Positions 9,463 through 19,092 of a stretch of 64,000 bases of DNA are shown piece by piece (position 1 is the first letter of the stretch; every line of letters starts with the position of its first letter). The DNA is from an uncultured delta proteobacterium (GTDB lineage: Bacteria; Desulfobacterota; Desulfobulbia; Desulfobulbales; Desulfocapsaceae), in NCBI GenBank assembly GCA_963754865.1, contig CAVWHG010000017.1, positions 77,089 to 141,088 on the forward strand, in the 5' to 3' direction. The notes beneath the pieces are model-generated. The model was given only the letters and a program-made list of their open reading frames with translations. It was not told where the DNA came from and did no database searches. The position numbers and the translations under genes are program-made.

Positions 9463-9784
9463 TAACGACACGATAACTCTGAAGCTGAAGGTTCACCGGA
9501 AGAATGCCGCGAAGGTTGAGGAGTTTGCGCGGAAGATAGAGGCCGGGGAAGGTAGCACCTACACGGTTGCGGAAGTTTTTCCGGATCTTATCGGCAAGGA
9601 AAAGACAATTGCCCTTCGTGCATATCGTACCCGGGAAGATCTGACGCAACGGGAACTCGCCGAGAAGGTCGGTATTCCTCAGCGACATATCTCCGAGATG
9701 GAGACCGGCAAGCGTGTCATCGGCAAGGAGATGGCTAAGCGCTTTGCCGAGGTGCTTGGTGTCGATTACCGGGCCTTGCTGTAG
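9431..9784 (+). CDS. XRE-HTH antitoxin (HigA-like)
   Basis: LRAYRTREDLTQRELAEKVGIPQRHISEMETGKR; overlaps toxin 3' end. Confidence 0.85.
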   Translation: MQEPTKKHHTDNDTITLKLKVHRKNAAKVEEFARKIEAGEGSTYTVAEVFPDLIGKEKTIALRAYRTREDLTQRELAEKVGIPQRHISEMETGKRVIGKEMAKRFAEVLGVDYRALL

Positions 9785-9880
9785 AAACCCACTCGACCGA
9801 AGGTAAAAAACATGGCTGAGAAATAAAAATGACATGAAGCTGTTCTTTACTTCGAAACATATTGTAGTTACAATTAACTC

Positions 9881-10161
9881 ATGGAAATTGAATTTGACGA
9901 ATTGAAGCGAAAGGCGACTATCGAAGAACGGGGGCTCGACTTCGAAGATGCTCCTATGGTTTCGCTTCTCCGCGTCGAATCACCTGGCAAGATAGCCGAC
10001 AGACCTATGGAGAAGACCGGTTTGTTACAATGGGCGAACTGGCGGGACGTTTGGTGGTCATCGTCCATACCGGTAGAGAGAACGCTATCAGGATTATTTC
10101 AATGAGGAAAGCCAATGAAAGAGAGCAGCGTGCATTTAAAGAGCAATTTGAAGAAGATTGA
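9881..10161 (+). CDS. BrnT-family toxin (frameshift near 9960)
   Basis: MEIEFDELKRKATIEERGLDFEDA then, in shifted frame, YGEDRFVTMGEL.GRLVVIVHT.R..AIRIISMRKANEREQ. Confidence 0.8.
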
Positions 10162-10404
10162 CGCTCATCAGATCGGAACATCCGATTATGATGATATCCC
10201 TGAACTGCCCGAGGAGTTTTTCACTGAGGGGCAGCTCTATCGTAATGGAAAACCGGTTGACCGTCGCCCTCGTGGCAAGCAAAAAAAGCCAACCAAAGAA
10301 ACAGCTGACTTTGAGGCTGAGTCCAGAGGTTGTCGAATTCTTTAAAGCCCAAGGCGATGGCTGGCAGTCAGGATGACAAGGCGCTTGAGGATACGTCAGA
10401 TTAA
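10115..10404 (+). CDS. BrnA-family antitoxin (frameshifted, end approximate)
   Basis: DDIPELPEEFF...RGKQK plus KKQLTLRLSPEVVEFFKAQGDGWQ. Confidence 0.75.
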
Positions 10405-10444
10405 AACACAGTCATCTTTCCGAACTCAGTGAAGAACCACGGTC

Positions 10445-10546
10445 AAGACGGCGAACAATCCTGTAACGACAACTATCATGAAAATATTAAGAGGGCTTGG
10501 CTTACGCCTGCAAGCTGGGCATGCAACAATCGAAGCAAGGCGTTAA
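10445..10546 (+). pseudogene. C-terminal remnant of an addiction-module antidote (HI1420-like) protein
   Basis: Translates NNPVTTTIMKILRGLGLRLQA, similar to the NPT..TIMKVL.ALGLRL end of that family; no start codon region. Confidence 0.45.
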
Positions 10547-10564
10547 GACTCGAGAAGAAGGCGA

Positions 10565-11118
10565 ATGAAAGAGAACAGCCTGCATCCTGAGCAGCGAATT
10601 GAGATCAAGATCGCCGATATCACCAAGCTGCTCTGTCGATGCAATCGTCAATGCCGCCAACAATTCATTGCGAGGCGGTGGTGGAGTTGACGGAGCGATT
10701 CACCGGGCTGCTGGCCGGCAATTGTTGGAGGAGTGCATAACACTCAACGGATGTGAGACCGGGGATGCCAAGATAACAAGCGGGTATAATCTTCCTGCCA
10801 AATATGTCATTCATACGGTCGGGCCGGTCTGGCGGGGTGGAGACAAGAAAGAGAGCGAATTGCTGGCATCCTGCTATTACGAATGTCTGAAAATCGCCGA
10901 AGAGAGAAATATCACCACAATCGCATTTCCTGCTATCAGCTGTGGCGCCTATGGATTCCCGCTATCTGCAGCGGCAACAATCGCCATCAATACAGTTTTT
11001 TCGTTTCTTCGAGAAGAACACTACTCTTAAAGTCACTTTCGCCTGTTTCAATGAAGAAGTAAAAAATGAACTGGAACTGGCTCTTCAAGATAAAAGACTT
11101 AAGAGGCCAGCAAGGTAG
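10565..11118 (+). CDS. Macrodomain O-acetyl-ADP-ribose deacetylase (YmdB-like), frameshifted near both ends
   Basis: ADITKL / [44 protein letters not shown]; shifted C-terminus [11 protein letters not shown] ends at TAG 11116-11118. Confidence 0.85.
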
Positions 11119-11234
11119 GCTCTTCTGATACGGTGTAACAAACTTCACCGAGCTAGATCGACGGATCGAAAAGCCGCACACCCTACACCTGCCCGGTGAT
11201 TCTTTCAGGGGATCTTTGCGAGGGGACAAGGATT

Positions 11235-11313
11235 ATGACCGACGGTAACGAACCTTCCACAGTTTTGACCATTAGAGCCGCGGCAAAAATTTTAGGGGAA
11301 AAGCCTGATATAA
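11235..11313 (+). pseudogene. Possible excisionase-like HTH N-terminus interrupted by IS remnant
   Basis: MTDGNEPSTVLTIRAAAKILG resembles the HTH_17 start; sequence switches to transposase at about 11313. Confidence 0.35.
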
Positions 11314-11922
11314 GGAGGAAAAACCGAGTTCACGGAATCAGCGCAAAAGAAAACAGACAAGTACCTGACCTGTTCCAGAAAGGGGCGTGGGGGGCAGCTG
11401 AAGGTGGGATTCAACGACAAAGCCATTACCGAAGCAAAGAAGTACTTTGGCTATTTCGCCCTTGTCAGCAATCAGGCTATGGACACATTTACAGCACTTG
11501 AAAATTATCGGCTGCGTGAAAAAATCGAAGAACTCTTTGCCGTGCAAAAAGGGAGGCTCGACGGTGCTCGACCGCGCACATGGTACCCGGACAATCTGCG
11601 TGGAAGACAATTCACACAATTTGTCTCGCTGGGCTATCATTGTTTCCTGACGAAAAAAATAAAGGAAGTACAGGCCAAGCTCAGGAAAAAAGAACCCGGA
11701 AAAACCAAATCACTTATCAAGCTCGAAAAGAAACTGGAAAACTGGCTTGCGCAACGCTCTCTCGCTCAGATCCTGGATTGGTTCGACTGCATTGAAACCA
11801 CAAAGGTACAGACTGTCATGGGCAGCTATCGATGGTCCACCGAATCAGTGGCCAGAGACAGGCTGTTCTTGAAGTACTTGGGAGTGGACACCAAATAGTG
11901 TACGCTTTATCCGACTTTCAAG
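11313..11922 (+). mobile_element. IS1634-family (IS4-like DDE) transposase 3' fragment with probable right end
   Basis: GYFALVSN...ALENYRLREKIEELF...LRGRQFTQFVSL (Y-x2-R-x3-E signature); stop at 11898; 5' part missing. Confidence 0.75.
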
Positions 11923-11946
11923 ATGTTAAATCCCATGGGGAATGCT

Positions 11947-12118
11947 ATCACCTCTTGAATGACCTGCTGGGGGTAGTTGTGCTGGATCTCCTTTGATTTC
12001 TATTAGTTGCCTTCTGATCACCTCTTGAACGGATCTTAAGAGTTGTCGGCCTAGATATTCTATAATTACCAGCTGTTGCGCGCCCATCACCTCTTGAACA
12101 AGAGATCGTGGCAGTTGT
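11947..12118. repeat. Three-unit degenerate repeat, ~70-bp period
   Basis: ATCACCTCTTGAA at 11947, 12017, 12086, each followed 11-15 nt later by AGTTGT. Confidence 0.85.
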
Positions 12119-12298
12119 GGGAAAAAAGCGGAACCGGAGGCGAAAACAGAGGATTTTGACGCGGTGGCTGTCGATGATTTGTTGTCTCCCTCACTTTCCC
12201 CGACCGCAAGTGTCAGCTTGTCGTGCAAATAATTTTCCTGAGCACATCTTCGGTTCTTTTTTTGTTCCATTTGGCGCATTTTTCGGCATGCCATTTTC

Positions 12299-12523
12299 TC
12301 ATGCACTCATGATCACCGCAGGTTTTCTGCCGATCCCCAACCCGAGGATTTGGTATGAACCATTTTCGGCAGATTCGACAAGGACGCTTTTTACTTTTTC
12401 GACGTGGCCAGTGGAAGAATCTTTCACCTTTACAATAAACTTAGTAAAGCTTTTCTTGCAAATATCGCATTTTCTTTTACTTTTTATGTGATCTTTTCCA
12501 CAGCATTTTAGATAGATAGCCAT
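12299..12523 (-). pseudogene. Probable N-terminal (Zn-ribbon/arm-binding) remnant of a tRNA-adjacent integrase
   Basis: MAIYLKCCGKDH..KRKCDICKK..KFIVKVKD; GGAG RBS; lies just downstream of tRNA-Arg; no catalytic domain follows. Confidence 0.5.
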
Positions 12524-12639
12524 AATGTTCTCTCCCATTTCGTGTAAACTATATGTAAACAATGGTAGAGAAATAGCAGGATAAGCCACCCCAAAGACGT
12601 TAAATATATTTGTCTGTATAGGGGTAAGATAAAACTACT

Positions 12640-12674
12640 ATAGCCAGTGCTAATTTATCGTTAACACTGGCTAT
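12640..12674. other. Inverted repeat downstream of tRNA-Arg(TCG)
   Basis: ATAGCCAGTG-N15-CACTGGCTAT. Confidence 0.5.
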
Positions 12675-12711
12675 TTATGGCTTTTATATGGGAGTAAATA
12701 AAGAGATTTTT

Positions 12712-12788
12712 TGGTACACCCGGAGGGATTCGGACCCCCGACACCCGGATTCGAAGTCCGGTGCTCTATCCAGCTGAGCTACGGGTGC
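12712..12788 (-). tRNA. tRNA-Arg (anticodon TCG)
   Basis: GCACCCG TA GCTC AGCTGGATA GAGC A CCGGA CTTCGAA TCCGG ... GGGGG TCCGAAT CCCTC CGGGTGT ACCA cloverleaf. Confidence 0.95.
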
Positions 12789-12834
12789 ATAAGCGGAACA
12801 AATGGATACCATGTTCATTGACCAAGGTCAATGG

Positions 12835-14075
12835 TTATATCTGAAGTAAACCGTCGTTGTCTGAGGCTGGGGCAAGGTCTGCCGCCGGAAGGTATTCCTT
12901 CTTCGGAATCGGACACCCGAGTATTCCGGCTTGTCTGAGGAAGAAGTCGTCGGTCATGCCGGCAATAAAATCTCGTACCTTTTCTTCAGAACTGTAATGC
13001 TCTAAGGATGGGGAATGGACATTGTTCATGAGGTCGACATCCACTGGAAGAATTTCATCAGTTTTCTTGAGACAGCCCAGATAATGTTCGAAAAGCTTGC
13101 GATAGCAGTCCCGGATAACAGGGCTTTTTTCTTTGGTTTTCGGTGCCAGATAGATTTTTTCATAGTTGAAAATTTTTAATTCCGCCAGTGCATCGGCGAT
13201 CTTCTTGCTGAATCCGATGAACGATGCTTCTGGGGTGGAAACACGGCTGTTGGTGATCAAGATCGGTGACCAAGGTGTAAACGATTGTGCCGTTTGTGTC
13301 GCCGAGAAGGAGGCGACAGTCTTTCAGGTATTTCATCCCGGGTGATCAGTCCGAGGATAATTGCATCTTCAATATCCCGGCCAATATAGGCAACTGTATC
13401 GGCCAGCCGGACGACGCAGCCCTCCAGCGTTGCCGGCATGAGGACAAGTTCGCGGGATCGGCAATTTTATCCTGCAGTTTTCGTTCGAAATCAGCGAAAG
13501 TCTGGATGGGGTGTGGGTGCAGGTTCCGGGAGTGGGCTTCGCCGTCATGGCAGAGGATGCCGTCCAGCACCTGCAGAGTCAGGTTCCAGCCTCGACCTTT
13601 GCGTTCGAGTTTATCGAGGAAGCGCACCGACTGAATGTTGTGCTGAAACGGTGCCAGGCCATGTTTCTACGCACAGTTCGGAAAGAAACTTTTCTCCGTC
13701 ATGGCCGAAGGGTGGATGGCCGATATCGTGGCCGAGGGCAATGGCCTCGATAAGATCTTCGTTGAGATGCAGAAAGCGACCAATGGTTCTGGCAATCCTC
13801 GCCACCAGCTGGACGTGCAGGACTCTGTGGGTTATATGGTCATTGCTGATGAGTGAGAAGACCTGGGTCTTGTCGATATACCGGGCATAGGCTCGGGAGT
13901 GAAGGATGCGGTCGGCATCGAGGGCAAATTGCTGGCGATAGCCGATTTTGTCCTCCGGCAAGCGTCTGAGTCCGCTAGTGGATAAGGTTGCGGCGGGGGA
14001 GAGTTGCTGCTTCTCCCGAAGATTCAGTTGCTCAAGGTGCGGAAAAAGATTGTTTGATCGACTGCCGTTGTTCAT
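12835..14075 (-). CDS. dgt: dGTP triphosphohydrolase-like HD protein (frameshifted)
   Basis: DRILHSRAY..KTQVF, HDIGHPPFGHDGE, DGILCHDG, ADTVAYIGRDIEDA, VRDFIAGMTD across four ORF pieces. Confidence 0.85.
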
Positions 14076-14250
14076 TTTATCACTGAAGCATATTGATATG
14101 GCAAGAAAAATGGCTACTTTTAACGACTATGCAGCTGTAACTGTACAGGAGTTTGCCAAAAAATGCATGGCAGTTGGAACGAAGGTCAAGGTGTTCCTGC
14201 TGATGCGCAGATGGCCGGCTGTCATTTGCCGGTGTTTTCAAGGAGACTCA

Positions 14251-14478
14251 ATGAAGATATCCATAGAATATTGTACAAAGTGAAATTATCAGCCGCGTGC
14301 CTCCGGTCTGGGGGACGAACTGAGAAAAATTTTCGGTGTCGAAGTTGAGCTGCTCGCCTCTTCGGGAGGGGTTTTTGAGGTGGTGGTGGATGGAAAACTG
14401 GTTTTTTCCAAAAAGTCCTTGAATCGTTTTCCCGAGGAAGGGGAAGTCGTTCATTTGCTTAGGAATGCAGGTCGTTAA
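14251..14478 (+). CDS. SelT/SelW/SelH (Rdx) family selenoprotein, CxxU motif
   Basis: MKISIEYCTK-TGA(14281)-NYQPRASGL..GGVFEVVVDGKLVFSKKSLNRFPEEGEV; frame stays open to TAA 14476. Confidence 0.92.
14289..14323 (+). promoter_or_regulatory. Bacterial SECIS hairpin
   Basis: TCAG-CCG-CGT-G-CCTCC-GGTCT-GGGGG-ACG-AA-CTGA immediately 3' of the in-frame UGA; apical GGTCT as in fdhF-type SECIS. Confidence 0.75.
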
Positions 14479-14556
14479 CAATGCAGGAGCAAATCAGTGG
14501 CTTGATGCAAGATCTTTGCGTAGTTGTGTCTTCAGTCGGGTGTGGTAAAGAGCCAT

Positions 14557-15060
14557 TTAGCGGGACTTGGGCGTTTCCAGGCAATGGGACAGGCAATCAC
14601 CGCAATTGTCACCCTGTTTGCCCCTTGCACAATAATCGGCAAAGCCTTTGAGCATATCATCGCCGCCTCTAGGACAGATTTGCATGAATTCGGTGAAGCT
14701 GATCATGCGGGCGATGATTTCCGGAGGGGCGGCATGTTCGATCCTGCAGGCGCCTTCCTCGGCTATCGAGTCGTTGATGGACAGCACCTTGATAAAAAAG
14801 TGTTTCAGGGCTTCATGGCGAAAAATGACGTCTTCGGCTACGGTCTTTCCAGTCTCGGTTAAGGTGATGGCTTCATAAGGCGAGTAGTTGATGAGCCCTT
14901 TCTTGGAGAGGGCGCGCAAGGCTTCGGTGACCGAGGCTCGACTGACACCGAGGCGGGCGGCTATTTCCTTGCTTCTGGCCACCAGCTTCAAACCGATTAT
15001 ATGATAGATTGCCTCAATGTAGTCTTCGAGGCTGGCACTGAGGTCTGTTTTCCCTTTCAT
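14557..15060 (-). CDS. DtxR/MntR-family metal-dependent regulator
   Basis: SLEDYIEAIY, ARSKEIAARLGVSRASVT, RHEALKHF, ACRIEH. Confidence 0.92.
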   Translation of the reverse strand: MKGKTDLSASLEDYIEAIYHIIGLKLVARSKEIAARLGVSRASVTEALRALSKKGLINYSPYEAITLTETGKTVAEDVIFRHEALKHFFIKVLSINDSIAEEGACRIEHAAPPEIIARMISFTEFMQICPRGGDDMLKGFADYCARGKQGDNCGDCLSHCLETPKSR

Positions 15061-15218
15061 ATTGAACTGTTGAGAAAAAATGGGTAAGGAGAATGAGGCT
15101 GGACGGTTGCCGGCGATAGGCGCTTTGTCGGTTGTTATGAATCTCTGGTACCCTACAGTCCTTTTAGCCGGAGAGTCAAGGCAGGACTTCTTGTTACAAA
15201 AGGTGAGAAAGAGAACTG

Positions 15219-16912
15219 ATGCTGTGTGAATTGCGAGTAAAGAACCTGGCCCTGATTGAATCCCTTGAACTGAGTTTCGATCAGGGAAAATCCTCCGGTC
15301 TGGTGGTCATGACCGGGGAAACCGGGGCGGGCAAGTCGATAATGCTGCGTGCCATCCAACTGCTCAGTGGCGGCAGGGCGTCCGTCGACTGGATTCGCAG
15401 CGGCGCCGAATCGTGTGAGGTGGAGGCGCTGTTCGAACTGAGTCCCGCATCATGGTCGTCTTCTGCAAAAACTTGAAGAGGGCGGCTTCGGCGGTGACAC
15501 CTTTGTGGTTGTCAGGCGAATGCTCAACAGTGCCGGGCGGAGCAGGTTTTTTATCAATGGTTCTTTGGCCACCGCCAAAAATGTTGCCGAACTGACGGCC
15601 GATATGCTGAGCGTTGCCAGCCAGCATGATCACCAGCAGCTGTTGCAGCCGGCACTGCATCTTGATATCCTCGACACCCTCGGGGAGTTGTGGCCTGAGA
15701 GACAAGAACTTGCGAAGATCTTTAGCCTCTGGCAGGAAAAAAGGGAGGCTCTGGCTGCGCTCAGGCGCCAGGAGCAGGAAAAGGAACAAGAAACAGGATT
15801 TCCTGAAATTCCAGGTCAGTGAAATCCGTCAGGCGGAGCTTCAACCAGGCGAAGACGAGGTGCTGGGTGCGGAGAAGAAGCGACTGAAGAATGCCCAAGC
15901 TCTTATTAAAGTCAGCCAGGAAAGCTGCCGCCTGCTGGGCAGCGACCTCCTCAATGGTTTGACCCAGCTGCGACAGAACATGGGGCAAATGGCGGCCCTT
16001 GATCCAGGCGCGGCCAAGCTTGCTGAAGATGTCAGCGGTTACACCTTTCTGGCCGAGGACTATATCAGCCTGCTCCGGGCAATATCGCGATGGGCTTGAT
16101 GATGACCCCTATCGCCTCGATCAGGTCAATGAGCGCCTCGATCTGGTCCAGCAGTTAAAAAGAAAATACGGCGAAACGATTGAAGAAATTCTCGATTTTA
16201 CGGAAAAATGCGAAGCTGAAATAGTGCATTTTGAAAACATGGATAAAACCATCGCTGCTCTTCTTGTAGAAGTGCAAACTCTCGAAAAAAAGATGTTGGC
16301 CCAAGCCGGGCAGCTTTCGCAAAAGCGCCGCCAAACCGGGCGAGAAATGGAGAAGGCGATGGCGGAGGAACTGACATCTCTCTCCTTTGACCGCGCCGGT
16401 TTTATCGTCAATTGGCGTGAGGTGTGAAGAGATCTCCTCAAAAAATGCGGGCAAGTGGTTGGGACCGTGGAGAATTTTATTTTTCCCCGAATCCCGGTGA
16501 ACCGGCAAAGCCTTTGGCAAAAATTGCCTCCGGCGGAGAATTGTCACGCCTCATGCTGGCGATGAAATGCCTTCTCGCCAAAAAAGATATGGTCGACACG
16601 GTCATCTTTGATGAGGTTGATGCCGGAATCGGTGGCCAGGCAGCCGAGGCGGTGGCACAAAAAATCCAGGAGCTGGCCGGGCATCATCAGGTCTTTTGTA
16701 TTACCCATCTGCCGCAGATCGCCGCCCGGGGCACGCAGCACTTCCAGGTGTCAAAAACCGTAGAAAACGGCCGAACCCAATCGGCGGTCAGCCGTCTTTT
16801 ACCTGAAGCCAGGGTGCGGGAGTTGGCAAGAATGCTCGCCGGTGACTCGGCAACCGCCCAGACCCATGCCTTTGCCGAAGAATTGCTGTTAAAGGGCGGC
16901 GCTTCAGCATGA
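15219..16912 (+). CDS. recN: DNA repair protein RecN (several frameshifts)
   Basis: TGETGAGKS Walker A, SQHDHQ, ASGGELSR, IFDEVDAGIGG, CITHLPQIAA. Confidence 0.92.
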
Positions 16913-17960
16913 CGCACATTAAGGCCCTTGCTCTTTTTTCCGGAGGGCTCGATTCGATTCTCGCGGCACGACTGATCATGGAGCAGGGGGTGGAGGTGGA
17001 GGCCATTCAGTTTGTCACCCCGTTCTTCAACTACGACCTTCTCGATGATGTTGCAGGGCATAAGGAACGGATATTTCGCAAATACGGGATTAAGGTAATT
17101 CTTGAGGATATCAGCCCCGACTATCTCCAGCTGCTGCATAACCCGAGGCATGGTTTCGGCAAAAACTTCAATCCCTGTATCGATTGCAAGATTCTCATGT
17201 TCTCCCGGGCTAAGGAGATGCTTGATGAGCGTGGGGCGTCCTTCCTCATTTCCGGGGAAGTCCTGAGGCAGCGGCCGATGTCCCAGCGCCGCGACACCCT
17301 GAACGTCATCGAACGCGATTCGGGCACCAGGTCGCTTCTCCTCCGTCCGCTGTGTGCCCAGTTACTCAATGAAACTCTGCCGGAGCTGCAGGGTTGGGTG
17401 GATCGCAGACAAGCTGCTGGGGTTCAGCGGGCGAGGCCGTTCGGCCCAGATTGCCATGGCGGCCCGCTATGGGATTACAGATTATCCCGCCCCGGCGGGT
17501 GGCTGCACCCTGGCTGATCCGATTCTTGGTCGCCGTATTGAAAAGCTCTACTCGCACCGATTCGGCGCTGCGGGGGGCAGAGATCACCGTCACTGATATC
17601 CGTTTGCTGCTTTTAGGGAGACAACTCATTCTGCCGGGTGGCGGCTGGCTGATTATGGGTCGAGATGAAGGGGAAAACAACACCTTGGCAAGACTTGCCG
17701 GGGAAGATGATGTCTTGCTGCTGATGGAGGATTGGCCCGGGCCGACTGCGGTGTTGAGGAAATTCGGCAGCCAATCTGCATCTGCCTCCGATGTGCAGGC
17801 AGCGCTCAATCTTGCTGCTGCCTTGGTTGTCCGTTTCGCAAGAAAACTGCCGGTTGGTAAAACTGCCGGTGAGGTCACCTGCACCTTTGGCGGCAACCGC
17901 ATCCTGATATGTGCCGCACCTCTCGCCGACGATATCTTTCGAAATCTGGGGTTGCTATAA
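16909..17960 (+). CDS. PP-loop tRNA sulfurtransferase-like (ThiI/MnmA-related) protein (frameshifted)
   Basis: SGGLDS, NPCIDCK, SGEVLxQRPMSQ, LLRPLCA, PAPAGGC, GRDEGEN. Confidence 0.75.
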
Positions 17961-17992
17961 AAGCTCGAAGGGATAAACAGGGCAAACACCAT

Positions 17993-18943
17993 CTAGGTGG
18001 CAAAGAGCTGCTCGATAACCTGCAAATACGCCTCGATATTTCCGGTTTTAAGGATTTTCTTCGCAAATTTCTCCTGTCCCGGAAAGAAAATAATGAGGTA
18101 TGTCCAAAGCTGTTTGACCCGACCGAGGATGTGCGAGGGCCCTGATAGCCTTTGCTGGTAACGGTTGAAAAGATCGAGATGGAAGGCGTAAAGGCGCTTT
18201 TTTCTTTGTTCCGGTGAGTCGGTTGGCAAACCTTTGATTTCTTCAGCGAGAAACGGGTTGCCAAGTGCCCCTCGGCCAATCATCCAGCGGTCAACGGTTG
18301 GGAAGCGGGTGGCAAGAAGGTTGAAGGTGGCAAGGTCGGTAATGTCGCCGTTATAGACCAGCGGGTGGCGGCTGAGACTTTGGCAGACGGCAAAACCATC
18401 GGGGTCGGTATTTCCTTTGTAGAGCTGTTTGCCGAGGCGAGTGTGGATGATAATCTCTTTCAGGGCGAAACGATCGAGTTGCGGTAGAAGGGCCACCAGT
18501 TCCGACCGGTCATGGTAACCAAGCCTGGTCTTGATCGACACTTCAATATCCAGCTGCGGCAGTATCTGGTCGAGGATTTCAAGTATCATCTCCGGGTAGG
18601 GCAGGAGGCCGGAGCCTCTTTTTTTACGGGCGACCATCGGCGCCGGACAACCGAGGTTCCAGTTGATATGGGTGTAGCCCAAGCCGGCCAAGCGATTGGC
18701 GAGGACAACAAAGGCCTCCGGGTCGGTGTGCAGCAGCTGGGGAACAATCGGCCACCCGTCGTTGCACTGGGGCAGCACGTCCCGGAGCATGGCGTCCTCA
18801 TAGAGCGATTTTCTCTGCGGGTTTATGAACGGCGTAACCGATGCATCAAAGCCTTTGAAATGATCGTGCAGAGTGTCGCGGAACAGGGAATCGGTGAGGC
18901 CGCGGATGGGTGCCAGATAAAGAAAGGGTTGGGTGGCGGACAT
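17993..18943 (-). CDS. tRNA-dihydrouridine synthase family protein
   Basis: LAPIRGLTD, NWNLGCP, KTRLG, HTRLG, YNGDI, MIGRG. Confidence 0.9.
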   Translation of the reverse strand: MSATQPFLYLAPIRGLTDSLFRDTLHDHFKGFDASVTPFINPQRKSLYEDAMLRDVLPQCNDGWPIVPQLLHTDPEAFVVLANRLAGLGYTHINWNLGCPAPMVARKKRGSGLLPYPEMILEILDQILPQLDIEVSIKTRLGYHDRSELVALLPQLDRFALKEIIIHTRLGKQLYKGNTDPDGFAVCQSLSRHPLVYNGDITDLATFNLLATRFPTVDRWMIGRGALGNPFLAEEIKGLPTDSPEQRKKRLYAFHLDLFNRYQQRLSGPSHILGRVKQLWTYLIIFFPGQEKFAKKILKTGNIEAYLQVIEQLFAT

Positions 18944-19092
18944 GGGTTTCTTCTGGAAATGGCGCGGAGCTGTCTTTCTTTGCCTGGATATGGTATTCTT
19001 GCCTACCCGGTCGGGGTGGTCTGCTGGTTCTTCGGGATAGCCGTTGGTTGCTCGGGTAAAGATTATAGTCAAGGACAAAGGCAAAGGAAAGG

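Noticed and set aside
10565-11118. DarTG system
   Set aside because: The macrodomain is short and YmdB-like, and no DarT ADP-ribosyltransferase is adjacent.
9150-11120. Integron cassette array (TA genes after a tyrosine recombinase)
   Set aside because: I found no convincing attC hairpins, and the recombinase fragment lacks the IntI-specific insertion.
11947-12118. CRISPR array
   Set aside because: The conserved core is only 13 bp, there are three units, the core is not palindromic, and no cas genes are in the window; kept as an unexplained repeat.
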